Source: Candidatus Borrarchaeum yapensis (GTDB taxonomy: Archaea; Asgardarchaeota; Sifarchaeia; Borrarchaeales; Borrarchaeaceae). From it: a stretch of 64,000 bases of DNA. The stretch spans positions 47,918 through 111,917 of the forward strand of contig JAEOSF010000002.1 of the NCBI GenBank assembly GCA_016840515.1, given 5' to 3'. Each line of letters starts with the position of its first letter. The stretch's first letter is position 1. Below are positions 9,353-20,117 of the stretch, in pieces. The notes under the pieces were generated by a model. The model was not told the origin of the DNA and did no database searches. It worked only from the letters and a program-made list of their open reading frames with translations. Made by a program: the position numbers and the translations under genes.

Positions 9353-10192
9353 CCATGTAGCTTCTTTGAATTTACGAAGAACCTTTTGAATAGGTTCGCC
9401 TAAGACTTCAATCTTTTGAAGGTCTGTTGTTCCAAAGCCATTTTGTACCGCATATTTAATGTGTTTTATCTTATCTGCATCGAATCCCATAATCGTGGAA
9501 GCGACAGTGTCTACGGATGCTAAATCTTTTCCTGCGATTATCATATTCATGCGTACGGGATCTCCAGCAGTGGGTCCAAGTCCCTCCATACCAACAATTC
9601 CATCAATTACCGCAAAATCGGGTTTGATGAGCGTATTAAGATCGACAATTGCTTTATGGACACCTACTCGGTGAGATTTATATTTTTCATTTTGATACAT
9701 ACAACCTTTAAGGTTTTTTAGGCTTAATGTAACAGTGCATGCGTCATGAGTTTTCATTACTGGGACGCTAATAAACTTATCACACTCTAAAGCAGATTTT
9801 GCAATTTTTACTTCTTCTTTAAAGGCTAATGCTCCTTTTATTGAAACTTTGACAGGCATATCAGCATTGAAATCAACAATATCGATACCTTGCCCCTTCA
9901 AAAGAAGTCTATATTTTGTCCTATAGAAGACCTCTTCTGTATCGTAACCAACAATCGGGCTTTCTCCAACGAAGGGTACGCCACCTGCACTCTTCACTAA
10001 ATCGATTAGTTTTATTACTACTCGTGGATTTGTCGTAGCACCCGTATTACTCTGTTTTGGTGCTGCAAGGTTTGGTTTGATTAAAACATGGTCACCCTTA
10101 TCGATTATACCCTCAAGACCTCCAGCAAGGTTTACTGCTCTTTCGACCATGTCTTCGATGTTTCCGTCTTTCAACACTGATACAACGTCCAA
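9350..10192 (-). CDS. DUF362 domain protein
   Basis: HVLIKPNLAAPKQSNTGATTNPRVV core. The stop codon overlaps the right terminus of element copy A. Confidence 0.55.
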   Translation of the reverse strand: MDVVSVLKDGNIEDMVERAVNLAGGLEGIIDKGDHVLIKPNLAAPKQSNTGATTNPRVVIKLIDLVKSAGGVPFVGESPIVGYDTEEVFYRTKYRLLLKGQGIDIVDFNADMPVKVSIKGALAFKEEVKIAKSALECDKFISVPVMKTHDACTVTLSLKNLKGCMYQNEKYKSHRVGVHKAIVDLNTLIKPDFAVIDGIVGMEGLGPTAGDPVRMNMIIAGKDLASVDTVASTIMGFDADKIKHIKYAVQNGFGTTDLQKIEVLGEPIQKVLRKFKEATW

Positions 10193-10537
10193 GAAAAGTC
10201 CTCCAACAAATTATATTTCAGTTTTTTAAAAAAGAATATGTTGAAGGCAACTGTAAAATTGACTAATTTAGTCTAATCGTTTGCTATTTATGAACTATAT
10301 GCATAAGTGCACAATGAAAAAGTTTAAATATGCATAATATTCTAGGTGAATAAAAATTGATAATAATAATATCTTATGGTAATAATTGACATCTATAAGG
10401 AGGTCCGAAAGCGTGGATGAACAGTGGTGGTGGTGGAAAAACGGAAAGTGACTCACTTAGAAAATAAAAAATCTAACTTAAGGCTTTTTTGCTATTGAAA
10501 TCGTTGTCTCTATAATCTTCTAATAGGAAAATTTAGA

Positions 10538-11020
10538 TTAAGATACTACTATTTGTGAATTTAATCTTAATAATAAGTTTCTAAGTTTTTGTTGTGCTTT
10601 TCCAATCTTTTCCATTTTTATGATTTCAACTGGGACGTCAATTAAAGTAGATATTCCACGAATTGCTTCAAGATAATCCCTGCCCATCATAACGAAAATT
10701 TTTCTGTAAGTATGTGCAGTTACATGTCGGCTGAGTTTTTTCAAGACGTCATCTCTAAGTTCATGTGCTTTTTTCTTTGTCATGCGTTCCTCATAATAAG
10801 AAATCTCGTCTGTTGCTCTTAAAAGACCATATTTTGCTGAGATTATGAGTACATCAACATCGTGTCCTAATCCTTCTCTAAATGCTTTTCGTAAAGTCAG
10901 AAAAATTTTGCCATCGTATGCTCCAAATGCTGGCAACCTTGCATCGTCATTATTTTTCAATAGACTATTCTTGGTTTTTGAGCAAGAAATAATCAACAGA
11001 TGTTGCCCAGATAATGCCAC
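10538..11020 (-). CDS. Hypothetical protein with N-terminal LLIISCSKTK motif
   Basis: 160 aa. Family not recognised. Divergent from the ParB-like gene. Confidence 0.3.
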   Translation of the reverse strand: MALSGQHLLIISCSKTKNSLLKNNDDARLPAFGAYDGKIFLTLRKAFREGLGHDVDVLIISAKYGLLRATDEISYYEERMTKKKAHELRDDVLKKLSRHVTAHTYRKIFVMMGRDYLEAIRGISTLIDVPVEIIKMEKIGKAQQKLRNLLLRLNSQIVVS

Positions 11021-11494
11021 AAAAATACGCCCCCTGTTCAGATGCCGATATATATCACGGTTTTCTGTATTATTTAATTTTGTCGCAATTATTTTCTAAA
11101 TATAGAATTATATCGGACTTATAAAAAGAGTTCGTCAAAATGTCGGGGTTTTTTTCAAATAAAAGTATCACTTATTTCTAATTTCCTAGACGATAGGATA
11201 CCTAGTAAGCGCTTTTACCTGATATGTTTACGCTAATTGAAAACATAATAAACAATTATAGTAAGTTAAATTACCAAAAGTCACGAATTTAGATTCTATC
11301 TGTCCGCAAAAACGAATTTGAAAAAATTAATTGTAACATCGGGATATATACAGAATGAACATCGTGAAAAATACGATTAACATACATTTGATTATAATGG
11401 CTAACAGGTTCATTATGAAAAGCAGATTTAAGGAAATAAGTGAAAATAAAGTAAAGTTTCTCATTCAAATCTTATGTAGTTTTTATAGCACAAT

Positions 11495-12388
11495 TTGCTA
11501 ACATTAACTAAAGTCTATTTGGGGAAAAACATGAGTTCTTCACAGATTCGCTATGCTGTTGAATCTGACATCAGATTAGAAAAACTTGATTACCTTCAGC
11601 CTCATGAAAAAACGGCTTTCAAAGCAGTTGATCAATTATCGCAAGAAATAGAAAAGGATGGTTTTCAGAAAGACCCTATTATAATAGAAAAGAATAGTAT
11701 GGTTGTTTTAGATGGAATGCATCGCCTTGCGGCCCTGAAAAAACTTTCGTGTAAATCTGCTCTCTGCTATTTTGTTCTGTATGAAGATGTCAAAATTGAT
11801 CGATGGTGTAGGTTGTTTATTTCTAATCAGTCTATTTCTTTAATCGAATTGATTGAAAGTATGCAGAGATTAGATAAATTCATCATTAGGTACATGAACG
11901 ATCCTCAGAAAGCCGAAAGATTTGTAAACGAAAATAAAGCTACTGGGGCATTAATCACAAAGGAAAAATCCATTCTTATTAACAGTAAGGAAGAGATCAA
12001 GGATCGTGTAGAAATTTTTAATCATCTTATTCTTATCGAGGTACTTTTCAAATTCCATTTTAATATTGACGTTAGATATAGCGCAAAAATAGAGAGCGAA
12101 AACAATGATGTTGTAGGAGTGCTCGTGCCACCTATTGTGAATAAAAAAGACGTAGTAATGGCAGCAAAAAGCGGTGTTTTGTTCCCTTTAAAAAGCACAC
12201 GACACATACCTCGGATTCGTCCATTGTCTATTAATTTACCGATTTCATTTTTGCAAGATGAAGACATACAAGAGAAAAATAGAGAATTAAAGGCCATTCT
12301 CCATCAAAAGAAAATTCAGTTATTTTCGGGAGGAATGGAGATCAACGGAAGGGCATACGAAGAAGCAGTCCTACTATATAAGCAATGA
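11495..12388 (+). CDS. ParB/Srx-fold nuclease-like domain protein
   Basis: VVLDGMHRLAAL matches the ParB N-terminal domain DGxHR signature. The real start is possibly the internal MSSSQIRY. Confidence 0.45.
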   Translation: MLTLTKVYLGKNMSSSQIRYAVESDIRLEKLDYLQPHEKTAFKAVDQLSQEIEKDGFQKDPIIIEKNSMVVLDGMHRLAALKKLSCKSALCYFVLYEDVKIDRWCRLFISNQSISLIELIESMQRLDKFIIRYMNDPQKAERFVNENKATGALITKEKSILINSKEEIKDRVEIFNHLILIEVLFKFHFNIDVRYSAKIESENNDVVGVLVPPIVNKKDVVMAAKSGVLFPLKSTRHIPRIRPLSINLPISFLQDEDIQEKNRELKAILHQKKIQLFSGGMEINGRAYEEAVLLYKQ

Positions 12389-12443
12389 GATAAGTAGTAC
12401 TTTTATATCATCACCTAGTTATACCCTTGGAGAGTAACCTGTC

Positions 12444-13181
12444 TTGTCAATAGAATTAGCTTCAAGTGGTATCAAAGAATTAGATAAACTCATGGGTGGA
12501 GGGGTGCCAAGAGGCACGCAAATCTTACTTGAGGTTGAAACAGGTACCAGTCCATTGCTATTTGTAGAAAAATGGTTGCATGAAGGATTACGCCAGCAAG
12601 ATGTCTGCTTCTTTTATTCTTATGATTACTCTGTTGACGAAATTCTTCGGAAATATAAGGAATTTGGGATTGTTCCAGAGGAGTTTCTAAAAAAAGGGAA
12701 AATTGTAGACTTTTGGACAAAAGGAGGAGAATATGTACGGGATTTTTCAAAACATATAATCACAATCGGTGAGCCCAATAATGCAAATCGCATCATGGAC
12801 GTAATGCATGGAATTTGGGTGTGGTATCGAGAGCAGTATCAAGGAAAAGAGTCAAAGAAAGCGCTTGTAAGAAGCGCAACCTATTCCCTTTCAACAATTG
12901 TGATGACTTTTGGATTTGAAAGAACTTACAAACTAGCAAAAGAAATAAGCCAAGTCTCAAAAACCGAAAATGCAATGACTTTGGATGTTATTGGAATCGG
13001 AATGCACAACTCAATGGAATTAAAGACTTTTGAGTTCCTCTATGATGCTGTTGTTCGATTAGAAACACAGGAAATAAATGGAGAACTGGCAAGATATATC
13101 CGTGTTTTTAAATCACCAATTCTTGACTATGTAACTAAAAAGACCCCCTACAGTTTTGAAAAGAATGATTTAGTGTTCTAA
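12444..13181 (+). CDS. KaiC/RadA-like RecA-superfamily protein with degenerate Walker A (predicted inactive)
   Basis: GIKELDKLMGGGVPRGTQILLEVETGTSP aligns with KaiC-like GIxxLDxxLGGGxPxGSxxLIxGxPGTGKT, but the P-loop GKT is replaced by TSP. Confidence 0.45.
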   Translation: MSIELASSGIKELDKLMGGGVPRGTQILLEVETGTSPLLFVEKWLHEGLRQQDVCFFYSYDYSVDEILRKYKEFGIVPEEFLKKGKIVDFWTKGGEYVRDFSKHIITIGEPNNANRIMDVMHGIWVWYREQYQGKESKKALVRSATYSLSTIVMTFGFERTYKLAKEISQVSKTENAMTLDVIGIGMHNSMELKTFEFLYDAVVRLETQEINGELARYIRVFKSPILDYVTKKTPYSFEKNDLVF

Positions 13182-13379
13182 TCACCTAAAAACGTGAAAT
13201 AGTCTACAATATTGAGAGGTTTTTCTTATCATTTAGATTTAAAGAATTAAATACATCAAATTCCATTCTACTATTGAGAGAGATTCTTTTTTTTACCAAA
13301 AAGATTATCATTGAAAATAGAATTTAAAAATAAAAACCAATACACAGTCCAAATGATGTTTGAGCAATGGATTCGTTAG

Positions 13380-14954
13380 GTGGCTTTAATGAGATTTGAG
13401 GCGGATGTGTTCTTTGAATTTAGTAAAAAACTGCCTGTTGATGCAGAAGAATCATTAAAAGATTTCTTCGATAAAGCAAATAAAGATTTCTTGAAGAAAG
13501 GTACTCCAGAAGGGAAAGAAAACGAAGGAACAACAATACAAGAATATCAGATAAAGCCAGAAGGAGTTTTGTTAAGTGTAAACAGTGGCAGATACGTTAG
13601 AGCGCATACAGGCATTATGCGACTTAATAAAGAATTGTCTACATTTTTAGGAAAGAAATACCAGTTAGGTGTAAGAAATATTGAGATTCAACGATTTGAA
13701 ATCACCATGGAACTGGAAGAAGCGCCATTAGAGCCAATGACTCTTCCATTTACTGATAAAATCGACTTTGAGGGTAATCAGGCTCATATTATTCTAAATC
13801 CAAAAGATATTGATGAAACAGCACTAAAAAAGAACTATATTGATAAATTGCTTAATCGAATGGAAGAAAAAATCAGAACACAGAGTATGAGAGGTAAAGC
13901 GGCATTTTCTGAAACTGTCAGACGCAGCAAAAAAAGACTAGACAAGTATAGAATTACGATGGACCCTACTGAAGAAGCGTTAGGAAGAGGATGGGTAAAA
14001 GAGTTCCCAGGTGCCGGCGTCTGGACGATTATGCCTCCACTTGCATCGCTTATGCGCGCTATTGAACAACTTGTGATCGATAAGATAATCAAACCTATGG
14101 GATTTGTCGAAACCATCTTTCCGCGATTGATCCCATTAGAAGTTGAAAGAAAAAAAGGTCATCTTGCGATTCCAAATGAACTATTTTGGGTATGTCCTCC
14201 GACAAGTAGGAATCCTAAAGACTTTGAAGAATATGTAGACTATGTTGAAATCACAGGTACTACTAATCCTGAAATGCTACAAAAAATGCTCAGACCACCT
14301 ATGTTTGGTCTCTCTTATGCCCAGTGTGAGCCTTTCTATGAAATCTTTCAAAAGGAAATAGTAGACGTAGATGACCTTGAAAATAATCCCATACTGTTCT
14401 TTGATAGAAATGGTCCGACATGGAGGTGGGAAGGAGGAGGATTAAAAGGTTTAGAACGTCTAAACGAGTTTCATCGAATAGAATTCACGTACATGTCTAC
14501 ACCAAAGAAAACCATTGAAATAAGAGACGAAATTCTAGAACGGTCGATTGAATTAATTGATGAAATCTTTGATTTAGAGTACCGGATTGATAAGACCACA
14601 GCAGTTTATCTTGAGCATGCAGGCGCTGCAGAAAAAGAAGAAACAGAGGAATTTGTGAAGACATATGACCTAACAGCAATCCTACCTTTTGAAACGACTA
14701 GCAGACCAGAAGCAGAACTAGAAATATCGTCCTATCATGTTCACACTGACTTCTACGCAGGAAGATTCAATTTTAAAGATAAAGCAGGAAAAGATGTATG
14801 GACAGGTTGCGTAGGCATAGGTCCCTCACGATGGGCATATGTCTTCGTTATAAGGCATGGTTTCGATTACGAGAATTGGCCAAATGAAATTAAAAAATAT
14901 ATTGGCGATGAACTTCCAAAAACTCCACAGCTTGTTACATGGCCAAAAAAATGA
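13380..14954 (+). CDS. Class II aminoacyl-tRNA synthetase-like protein, possibly methanogen-type seryl-tRNA synthetase
   Basis: 524 aa. The C-terminal half carries class II motif-2-like FHRIEF and motif-3-like GCVGIGPSRWAYVFV. There is no C-terminal anticodon-binding domain. Size matches the 500-527 aa atypical SerRS. Confidence 0.4.
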   Translation: MALMRFEADVFFEFSKKLPVDAEESLKDFFDKANKDFLKKGTPEGKENEGTTIQEYQIKPEGVLLSVNSGRYVRAHTGIMRLNKELSTFLGKKYQLGVRNIEIQRFEITMELEEAPLEPMTLPFTDKIDFEGNQAHIILNPKDIDETALKKNYIDKLLNRMEEKIRTQSMRGKAAFSETVRRSKKRLDKYRITMDPTEEALGRGWVKEFPGAGVWTIMPPLASLMRAIEQLVIDKIIKPMGFVETIFPRLIPLEVERKKGHLAIPNELFWVCPPTSRNPKDFEEYVDYVEITGTTNPEMLQKMLRPPMFGLSYAQCEPFYEIFQKEIVDVDDLENNPILFFDRNGPTWRWEGGGLKGLERLNEFHRIEFTYMSTPKKTIEIRDEILERSIELIDEIFDLEYRIDKTTAVYLEHAGAAEKEETEEFVKTYDLTAILPFETTSRPEAELEISSYHVHTDFYAGRFNFKDKAGKDVWTGCVGIGPSRWAYVFVIRHGFDYENWPNEIKKYIGDELPKTPQLVTWPKK

Positions 14955-15451
14955 GTATTATGATTCCAATAGATCACGGAAAAACAGGTACATATACACT
15001 GATTATGCAATTGAATCAAGCAATTGAAATCGATGTTGGAAAATTGGGAATATATAAATTCCCCAAAGGAAACTATACATATACCGGTTCTGCTCTCGGA
15101 AAAGGAGCGGTGGGTCTCAGAGGTCGATTGCTACGCCACATTTCTAAAATCAAAACCCTGCACTGGCATATTGATTACTTTCTTAATGCAAAGGAATCTC
15201 AAATAAGCCATATAATACTTTGTGAATCAAATAAAAAATATGAATGCATGATAATCAAAGAACTCTTATCATTAGGTGGAAAAACAATTGTAAGAGGATT
15301 TGGTGCATCTGACTGTAAATCTGGATGCAAAAGTCACCTTCTTTTCTTTGAAGATAATGAAAGAAGAGTTCGTAGAATTGTAAAAAAAGCATATGAGGCA
15401 ATAATCTATAGCAATAATTTTAAAGAGTATTCTCTAGAAGGGATCTTATGA
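14939..15451 (+). CDS. DUF123 (GIY-YIG-like) family protein
   Basis: GNYTYTGSALG...RLLRH...LHWHIDY matches the conserved DUF123 pattern. Confidence 0.5.
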   Translation: MAKKMSIMIPIDHGKTGTYTLIMQLNQAIEIDVGKLGIYKFPKGNYTYTGSALGKGAVGLRGRLLRHISKIKTLHWHIDYFLNAKESQISHIILCESNKKYECMIIKELLSLGGKTIVRGFGASDCKSGCKSHLLFFEDNERRVRRIVKKAYEAIIYSNNFKEYSLEGIL

Positions 15452-15840
15452 AAAATCAATTTAACGACACAATCGATAAAGGCAAATTCAAAGTCGACCT
15501 ACACGCTATTACTTCAGGTGATGATTTAACAGTTATTATTGGCGGTGGGGAAGAACCACATATTGGTTCTGTTGTCATAGCTTGCCCTAATAAGAGTAAG
15601 AACGTCAACTATACAATCTGGACGGATGAAGGGCACAAAGATAACGTTATTGCCGAGGATGTTGCAACGGAATTAATAAAGAATTTTGATTTTAACAAAA
15701 ACGTTGTCGTAATTGCAGGATTACATATAGATCACGCGACAAATGAGGATATTAATCGACTTGTCAAAAACTCAAACAGTCTTGTCGACAATTTGCTTAA
15801 GAGTGACTTTTTCAAAGCTTTTATTGCTGAGAATAAATGA
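15448..15840 (+). CDS. LpdD-like small protein (prenylated-flavin chaperone family)
   Basis: TVIIGGGEEPHIGSVVIA resembles the LpdD core. Weak call. Confidence 0.3.
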   Translation: MKNQFNDTIDKGKFKVDLHAITSGDDLTVIIGGGEEPHIGSVVIACPNKSKNVNYTIWTDEGHKDNVIAEDVATELIKNFDFNKNVVVIAGLHIDHATNEDINRLVKNSNSLVDNLLKSDFFKAFIAENK

Positions 15841-16167
15841 TATGAATGAATAATTATTTTCGTTGTACATTTCTCTTTCAAAGAGAGATACACCGTCATA
15901 GTAGATAAAGAGAAATTTTAGGTTCAAAGCTGGACATTTTCTCAAGAAATCTAAAAAATTAACCTTTGTAGAAAGATTAAATAATGAATTGATCGTTATC
16001 CGTGTCAGTGTAAAAAACTTTAAAAGTTCAAAAAATCCTGTGAAAAACGATAATAACTCATTTAGAGGACTAACATTATAGATAAAGACAAATTAGGTGA
16101 ATAGGCCTTTTCTATAAGGTCTAGACTTTTTGAATGTTTCCAAATACGTTTTAAGACCTATCGATAG

Positions 16168-17625
16168 GTGAGAATTATGGAGAGAAAGTGGATCGATAAA
16201 GAGAAATTAAAAGAATTTTTAACAGCAACTGTAGGAAAAGAAAGTTTTTCTATGGATCCAGTAATGCTACTCGCTTTTGCTACAGATGCTAGCCGCTTTG
16301 AAAGCATGCCAGATGCGGTGGTGCGACCAAACTCAACAGAACAAATCTCTAGAATCGTTAGATACTGCTATGAAAATGAAATTCCAGTGATACCTGCTGG
16401 TGCTAGAACCGGTGCGTCAGGTGGAACAATTGCTGTTTACGGAGGAATCCTCCTTGATTTAACAGGCATGAATAACGTTTTAGCCCTTGATGTGGATAAC
16501 TTGCAGGTTTGTGTAGAGCCTGGTATAGTTAATGACAAACTCAACGAGTTTTTAAAACCACATGGATTCCTAGTACCGGGGCCAGCGAGTTCCTACGCTG
16601 CCACACTAGGCGGAATGGTTGGAAATGACTCTAGCGGAAAGAAAGCAGTTAGTTATGGAACGACCGATGCTTATGTTTTAAAAATGGAAGTTGTGCTTCC
16701 AGATGGAAGAGTAACGACCTTAGGATCTAATGCATTAAAAACAGCATCTGGAATGAATCTCGTAGGACTCTTCACAGGAAGTGAAGGTGTACTAGGTGTT
16801 TATACCAAGATTTGGTTGAGACTTATTCCACTGCCAGAGGCAGAAGGCATTGCAATGGCACTATTTGACGAATTAACGAACGCAGGTAGAGCTGTCATTA
16901 ATACTTTTAAAGCAGGAATAATCCCAGGTTGCGTTGAAATATTAGATAAATCATCAATTTATGCAATCAACCAATACAAACCAGAAATGAATCTTCCAGA
17001 TGTTGAAGCAATGCTTCTCTATGAGGTGGAAGGCTCATCATTCGAAATAGAACCAAAAATCAACAGAATAGCAGAGATCTGTAAGGAAAGCGGCGCAATC
17101 GAGGTAAAAAAAGCAACAGAAAAAGCGGAAATAGATCGCTTATGGGAAGCACGATCACTTGTCGGTGCGGCGTCAGTGCGTGTTCGAAAAGGCTACGCAC
17201 GCGTGTACGCTGGTGAAGATATTAGTGTGCCAATTTCTAATATACCAGAGATGTTAACTTTCTTACGGGAACTCAGTATAAAATATGACTTTCCGATCGT
17301 TACTTTTGGACATATTGGCGACGGTAACTTGCACCCAGCCATAACAATTCGAAAAGAAGTAGCCGAAGACTGGCCAAAATTAGAGGCACTCATAGAAGAA
17401 ATCAATCTGAAGGCTCTAGAATTGGGGGGAACAGTCACTGGTGAACATGGAATAGGTATTGCAAGGGCTCGATACATGAAGCTAGAGCACGGCGAGGTCG
17501 CGCTTGACTTGATGAAATTAATTAAACGGGCAATCGACCCTAAGAATATTATGAATCCTGGTAAAATGGCATTAGACGAAGATCCAGAAGTTATATTGAG
17601 TAAAATCCCAGATAGAACTATTTAA
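16168..17625 (+). CDS. glcD: FAD-linked oxidase, glycolate oxidase GlcD / D-lactate dehydrogenase family
   Basis: N-terminal FAD-binding PCMH domain (PAGARTGASGG) plus a C-terminal FAD-oxidase domain. Confidence 0.7.
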   Translation: MRIMERKWIDKEKLKEFLTATVGKESFSMDPVMLLAFATDASRFESMPDAVVRPNSTEQISRIVRYCYENEIPVIPAGARTGASGGTIAVYGGILLDLTGMNNVLALDVDNLQVCVEPGIVNDKLNEFLKPHGFLVPGPASSYAATLGGMVGNDSSGKKAVSYGTTDAYVLKMEVVLPDGRVTTLGSNALKTASGMNLVGLFTGSEGVLGVYTKIWLRLIPLPEAEGIAMALFDELTNAGRAVINTFKAGIIPGCVEILDKSSIYAINQYKPEMNLPDVEAMLLYEVEGSSFEIEPKINRIAEICKESGAIEVKKATEKAEIDRLWEARSLVGAASVRVRKGYARVYAGEDISVPISNIPEMLTFLRELSIKYDFPIVTFGHIGDGNLHPAITIRKEVAEDWPKLEALIEEINLKALELGGTVTGEHGIGIARARYMKLEHGEVALDLMKLIKRAIDPKNIMNPGKMALDEDPEVILSKIPDRTI

Positions 17626-17643
17626 AGGCATGAGGTGGAATAA

Positions 17644-18807
17644 ATGCACGAAAAAATCGAAAATTGGTCTCAAGCAATGCTTAAATGCGTACGCTGCGCA
17701 AAATGCAATTCGATCTGCCCAACACTTGAGGAACGTGGATGGGAAGTCATTGGTCCGCGTGGAAGAATCAAAATGGCGTTAGGGATGTTTCAGGGTAAGA
17801 TTTCCCCCAACGAACTGATGACGAATGGCGAATACACTTGCTTAATTTGTAATCACTGTGTTGAGATTTGTCCCAGTGGTGTCGAATGCACTGAAATTAT
17901 TTTACATGCTCGTGAAGAGATGTTCAATCAAGGTTTTGCTCCACAAACTTCAATGATGTTAGTCGAAGCTCTTGAAGAAGAACATAACATTTTTGAAATG
18001 GATCAGGAAGATCGAACGCTTTGGTCAATGGAAGTCGAAGACATTGTTGAAGATCACCTTAATTCAGACGGAAAGATCGGCTATTTTGTTGGTTGTCTTG
18101 GTTCATTCATGGGACGTTTATCTCAGATACCTAGCTCTCTTGTAAAAGTAATGGATCACCTAGGACTTGACTTTACACTTCTAGGTGAAGAAGAATGGTG
18201 CTGCGGCAGCCCCTACTACTTAGCAGGTGGACGTGAAATGTTGAAAGAATACGCAGAACATCATTTCTCAGCCTTCAATAATCTTGGTGTCGAAAAAGTA
18301 GTAGCCACCTGTGCTGGCTGCTATAGAGTGCTTAAGGACATTTATACACAGGTTACAGGACTAAAACCTCCTTTTGAGGTTGTGCATGCAAACGAATTTC
18401 TGGCAGACTTATTAGATCAAGGAAAACTTCAATTAAATAACGGTAGCTTTAACAAAGTTATAACTTATCATGACCCCTGTGAACTTGGTCGTCACGTTGG
18501 CATGTATGCAGAACCACGCAAACTGATACAGGCAATACCTGGTGTAACATTCAAAGAACTTCCTGATACCAAAAAAGATTGTTTATGTTGCGGCGGTGGC
18601 GGCGGTGTAAAGGGTGTTGACGCCGACTTAGCAATGGCACGGGCACTAAAGAAGGTTGACCAAGCAAAATTGATAAACGCCGAAGCGATTGTAAGTGGAT
18701 GCCCAAGTTGTTACGACAACATTAACGAAGCAATCAAACAACAAGAAGCAAATATCCGTATGATGGATATAGTAGAGATTATAGCAGAAGCACTGGGACT
18801 TGAATAG
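17644..18807 (+). CDS. glcF: Fe-S subunit GlcF-like (two 4Fe-4S motifs plus two CCG domains)
   Basis: CxxCxxCxxxCP appears twice at the N-terminus. C-terminal CCG/CCGGGGG cysteine-rich domains. Confidence 0.65.
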   Translation: MHEKIENWSQAMLKCVRCAKCNSICPTLEERGWEVIGPRGRIKMALGMFQGKISPNELMTNGEYTCLICNHCVEICPSGVECTEIILHAREEMFNQGFAPQTSMMLVEALEEEHNIFEMDQEDRTLWSMEVEDIVEDHLNSDGKIGYFVGCLGSFMGRLSQIPSSLVKVMDHLGLDFTLLGEEEWCCGSPYYLAGGREMLKEYAEHHFSAFNNLGVEKVVATCAGCYRVLKDIYTQVTGLKPPFEVVHANEFLADLLDQGKLQLNNGSFNKVITYHDPCELGRHVGMYAEPRKLIQAIPGVTFKELPDTKKDCLCCGGGGGVKGVDADLAMARALKKVDQAKLINAEAIVSGCPSCYDNINEAIKQQEANIRMMDIVEIIAEALGLE

Positions 18808-18888
18808 GTATTTTCTAAAATTCTATTTTCTTTTTCTTTTCTATAAGGTTTTTTGATTTAAGACACTTTTAATAAATAATTGTATAGA

Positions 18889-19233
18889 TTATTTATCCAT
18901 ATATTCCTCCCGTGGAGGAGAGAACATATCTACCCATTCTGAATCTTCTAGCATTTCCATGGAATGAAAGTCACTACTTTTAATTACATAACTATCTCCG
19001 GATTCTAAAATTCCAATCATCTCATCATTAATCCACAGTTTAAACTTACCTTTTATTAGATAGCCAACTTGCTCAGCAGGATGTTTATGCTTTGGAACTT
19101 TGCCGTCTTTCTTGAATCTCATAATGGTACACATTATTCTATCACCAGTCGCAAGTGCCTTAAATTCGACTCCATAAGCTTTTTTCACTGGTTTGTTTTC
19201 TTGCTTGATAATCATAATCCGACCTCCGCTCAA
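18889..19233 (-). CDS. Cupin-2 domain protein
   Basis: 114 aa with a HxH...E...H style cupin core (KHKHPAEQVGYLIKG). Confidence 0.5.
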   Translation of the reverse strand: MSGGRIMIIKQENKPVKKAYGVEFKALATGDRIMCTIMRFKKDGKVPKHKHPAEQVGYLIKGKFKLWINDEMIGILESGDSYVIKSSDFHSMEMLEDSEWVDMFSPPREEYMDK

Positions 19234-19292
19234 ATATTATTAACATTAGTATTATTTAATTATAATAAAATCCCAGGTTTTCATAGGTATCA

Positions 19293-20117
19293 ATGAGCAA
19301 ATCGTTTGGTATGGTGGAAAGGGCTATGCTTGAAAACCTTAGACAAAGAATTACATGGCAGCGCATACCCGTTGATGAATTGCGGATAATTCAGCCTAGA
19401 AGAGAAATGAAGATCGCTTTAGTCTATGCTGTATTTTTTGTGTTTCTCGCTGTAATTATAGGGTACCTAATTAAAATAAAACCGCTACCGTTCTTGGGTG
19501 CAGCCAGTCTTACTGACGATGTCTGGTATGTTTTTGTCTTCAAAATTGGTTTTCTCCTTATTGTGCCGTGTGTTTGGTTCTACCGTCAGGGCTACACGAT
19601 CCACGATCTAATGCCAAGCTGGAAATTGGAGTTCAAGTCTATAATAGTTTTAGTTTTAGCGCTTTTTGCGGGATTGAGTTTAAATCTCCTTCAGGGGCAC
19701 TTAAACCTTATCGTGAGTGCTGCTGAGAATTTCTCAACATCCGAATATTTTGCTCGCATTGTGACTGGAATCGTCATTGCATTAGTACAGGCTGGTTTCC
19801 CAGAGGAATTTGTATTTCGAGGCATACTTCAGACTCGTATAGAGAAAGTATATGGACGGATCCCCGCAATAAGTATAACAGTATTGTTATTTACCGCGTG
19901 GCATATCCCAACAAGGTATTTTCTTTCTCATGGCGTAGAAGGTACTGCAGGAGATCTAATTTCGGTTGTTCTTGGCACGGGGATCCCTGTAATGATAAGT
20001 GCATTGATCTTCGGCTTGATCTGGGACAGATATCGATGTTTTCTTCCTTTAGTCGCTGCCCACTGGGGAGTCGATATGCTACCTTCAGTACTCTCGTATC
20101 TTGGCATTGTTTATTAA
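19293..20117 (+). CDS. CPBP family intramembrane metalloprotease (CAAX protease/Abi)
   Basis: Multi-TM protein with the EEFVFRG motif and a downstream FxxWH motif. Confidence 0.6.
   Translation: MSKSFGMVERAMLENLRQRITWQRIPVDELRIIQPRREMKIALVYAVFFVFLAVIIGYLIKIKPLPFLGAASLTDDVWYVFVFKIGFLLIVPCVWFYRQGYTIHDLMPSWKLEFKSIIVLVLALFAGLSLNLLQGHLNLIVSAAENFSTSEYFARIVTGIVIALVQAGFPEEFVFRGILQTRIEKVYGRIPAISITVLLFTAWHIPTRYFLSHGVEGTAGDLISVVLGTGIPVMISALIFGLIWDRYRCFLPLVAAHWGVDMLPSVLSYLGIVY

Noticed and set aside
12444-13181. Calling the KaiC-like protein an active RadA/KaiC ATPase
   Set aside because: The Walker A GKT/S is replaced by TSP, so an enzymatic annotation would be wrong. It is described as degenerate instead.
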